32,000 nt of DNA, taken from assembly GCA_016196885.1 (NCBI GenBank), contig JACPWU010000011.1:60001-92000 (forward strand). The letters are read 5' to 3'. A program made the position numbers and the translations under genes. The notes beneath the pieces are model-generated. The model had not been told where the DNA came from. It saw only the letters and a program-made list of their open reading frames with translations, and did no database searches. Within the stretch, counting starts at the first letter, position 1; each line of letters begins with the position of its first letter. This stretch comes from Chlamydiota bacterium. GTDB taxonomy: Bacteria; Auribacterota; JACPWU01. Of this stretch, positions 30,888 to 32,000 are shown one piece after another.

Positions 30888-31586
30888 TTAGGCAAAAATC
30901 AGCGGCAACAATTCTTTGAGAGACCTCACCGTCGGAACAGGATGCTGCCTCTTTCCTGATCGATCAATCAGAACTGATTGGATTCCAATACGATTCGGAC
31001 CTAAAACATCATCTTTGACACTGTCCCCAATATGCAGAACCTCATGAGATTCAGCGCCACTGCGTCGCAGAGCTTCCTTAAAAATTTCCGGATGAGGCTT
31101 TGAAGATCCCACCAATGCAGAAGCCAAAATAAAATCAAATGTCTTTCCAATGCCTAACCCTTCACATAAAGGAATCAAGCGTGAATCCCAATTGGAAACA
31201 ATTCCTAAAATAAGTTCGGATTTTTTTAACTCCCTTAAAACTTCTTCCACCTCTGGGAAAAGCCTCCAGTATTCGGGTCTTGCAAAAATATCGTAAAGCT
31301 CTTCAAAAAAAGGTTCAAAATCTTTCACGCCGCCAAAATGATTAAAAACATCTTTCACCAAATTGAACCACCATTCTCGCTCCTGAGGATGTGCTTCCAA
31401 AAAAGAATGATGATCCCTCTTTTCCCATTCCATTTTAAATCGAGATTCAATCTCATCAGGCAGCAAACCAGAGCAACCGTAACGCGCCGCCACATCCCGA
31501 TAAATTTCCCCTACCGACGGCTCAGGCCTCACCAGCGTTCCCCCTGCATCGAAAAAAATAGCTTTAAATCGAGAAGTTTTATTCAT
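30888..31586 (-). CDS. HAD-superfamily hydrolase, subfamily IA
   Basis: Start trimmed to the ATG at 31584-31586 (MNKTSRFKAIFFDAGGTL carries DxG-type motif I). SNWD (motif II) and GDS.KDD (motif IV) are also present. Confidence 0.85.
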   Translation of the reverse strand: MNKTSRFKAIFFDAGGTLVRPEPSVGEIYRDVAARYGCSGLLPDEIESRFKMEWEKRDHHSFLEAHPQEREWWFNLVKDVFNHFGGVKDFEPFFEELYDIFARPEYWRLFPEVEEVLRELKKSELILGIVSNWDSRLIPLCEGLGIGKTFDFILASALVGSSKPHPEIFKEALRRSGAESHEVLHIGDSVKDDVLGPNRIGIQSVLIDRSGKRQHPVPTVRSLKELLPLIFA

Positions 31587-31671
31587 GACATCTTTCGTTT
31601 TGATCAAAATAATGGTACGGCATACCCGTTCATGATAGATTGAGAAAAGGTGAACCGTCAAATGGCATTTT

Positions 31672-32000
31672 ATGGGCTTTGAAGAAAAACGTTCTCATTT
31701 TCGAAGATATTTCAGTGAAGAAGAACGCTACTTGATCGAATATAAAGTGGCGGGGAAATTCTTTGCAAAAAAAGAAGTGGCTCTCACTCTGAACCTGAGC
31801 GCCTCAGGCCTTCTTTTCCGAGCAACGCATATCACGCCGGTCAACACCCTCCTCAAAGTTTCGCTCCAACTACCTCATCTCAAAAAAACCATTCCCCTTC
31901 AAGCCCGTGTTGCGCGCATTGAGCCAACCCACAAGGAAGGAATTTATAACATCGCTATTCACTACATTCAAATCCTGGATGCAGACAGAGCTCTTATTGA
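31672..32000 (+). CDS. PilZ domain protein, partial (runs off window end)
   Basis: My translation from the ATG at 31672 gives MGFEEKRSHFRRYFSEEERYLIEYKVAG...LNLSASGLLF.... This contains the RxxxR and (D/N)xSxxG c-di-GMP binding motifs. Not in the ORF track because no stop codon lies inside the window. Confidence 0.7.
   Translation, partial: MGFEEKRSHFRRYFSEEERYLIEYKVAGKFFAKKEVALTLNLSASGLLFRATHITPVNTLLKVSLQLPHLKKTIPLQARVARIEPTHKEGIYNIAIHYIQILDADRALI

Overview
Compact, AT-leaning bacterial chromosomal segment, mostly housekeeping genes. On the minus strand: an argF'-argD-argB-argJ-argC arginine block, rpsI-rplM, metF and truA. On the plus strand: a cell-wall amidase, murI, a class I aminotransferase, rph, rdgB and a membrane-anchored hypothetical. 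A roughly 15 kb co-directional minus-strand block follows (14416-29483): coiled-coil lipoprotein, tRNA-His, three tRNA-Arg isoacceptors, a DUF486/DMT protein, a GT-C type glycosyltransferase, acs, a small secreted zinc-ribbon protein, tRNA-Pro, an FAD oxidoreductase, a SAM methyltransferase, a type III PKS, a GH94 phosphorylase and a GH35 beta-galactosidase. The window ends with a DUF5678/retropepsin-like protease pair, a HAD hydrolase and a partial PilZ gene. I see no CRISPR array, cas genes, transposase, integrase, phage genes or recognisable defence genes. The unusual content is non-coding: almost every intergenic gap, including gaps inside apparent operons, is filled by a structured repeat. 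I count at least seven kinds. (1) An 'S' element in 5 copies, with conserved asymmetric blocks and compensatory changes in three helices; two copies sit in a MITE with 24-bp TIRs and 8-bp target-site duplications. (2) A 180-bp MITE with TA duplications. (3) A 165-186-bp MITE with 5-bp duplications. (4) A GTAG-headed REP-doublet (REPIN-like) element. (5) A 24-nt micro-element. (6) A GC-rich multi-hairpin. (7) Long hairpins whose arms are tandem short 'words' around an A-rich loop. The best candidates for something new are the S element (structured RNA or non-autonomous mobile DNA) and the word-hairpin punctuation. Protein-level points of interest are a SrsABC-like type III PKS locus and a DUF5678/aspartic protease pair lying among mobile elements. 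All structure and homology statements come from reading the sequence and ORF track by eye; no folding, searches or statistics were run.
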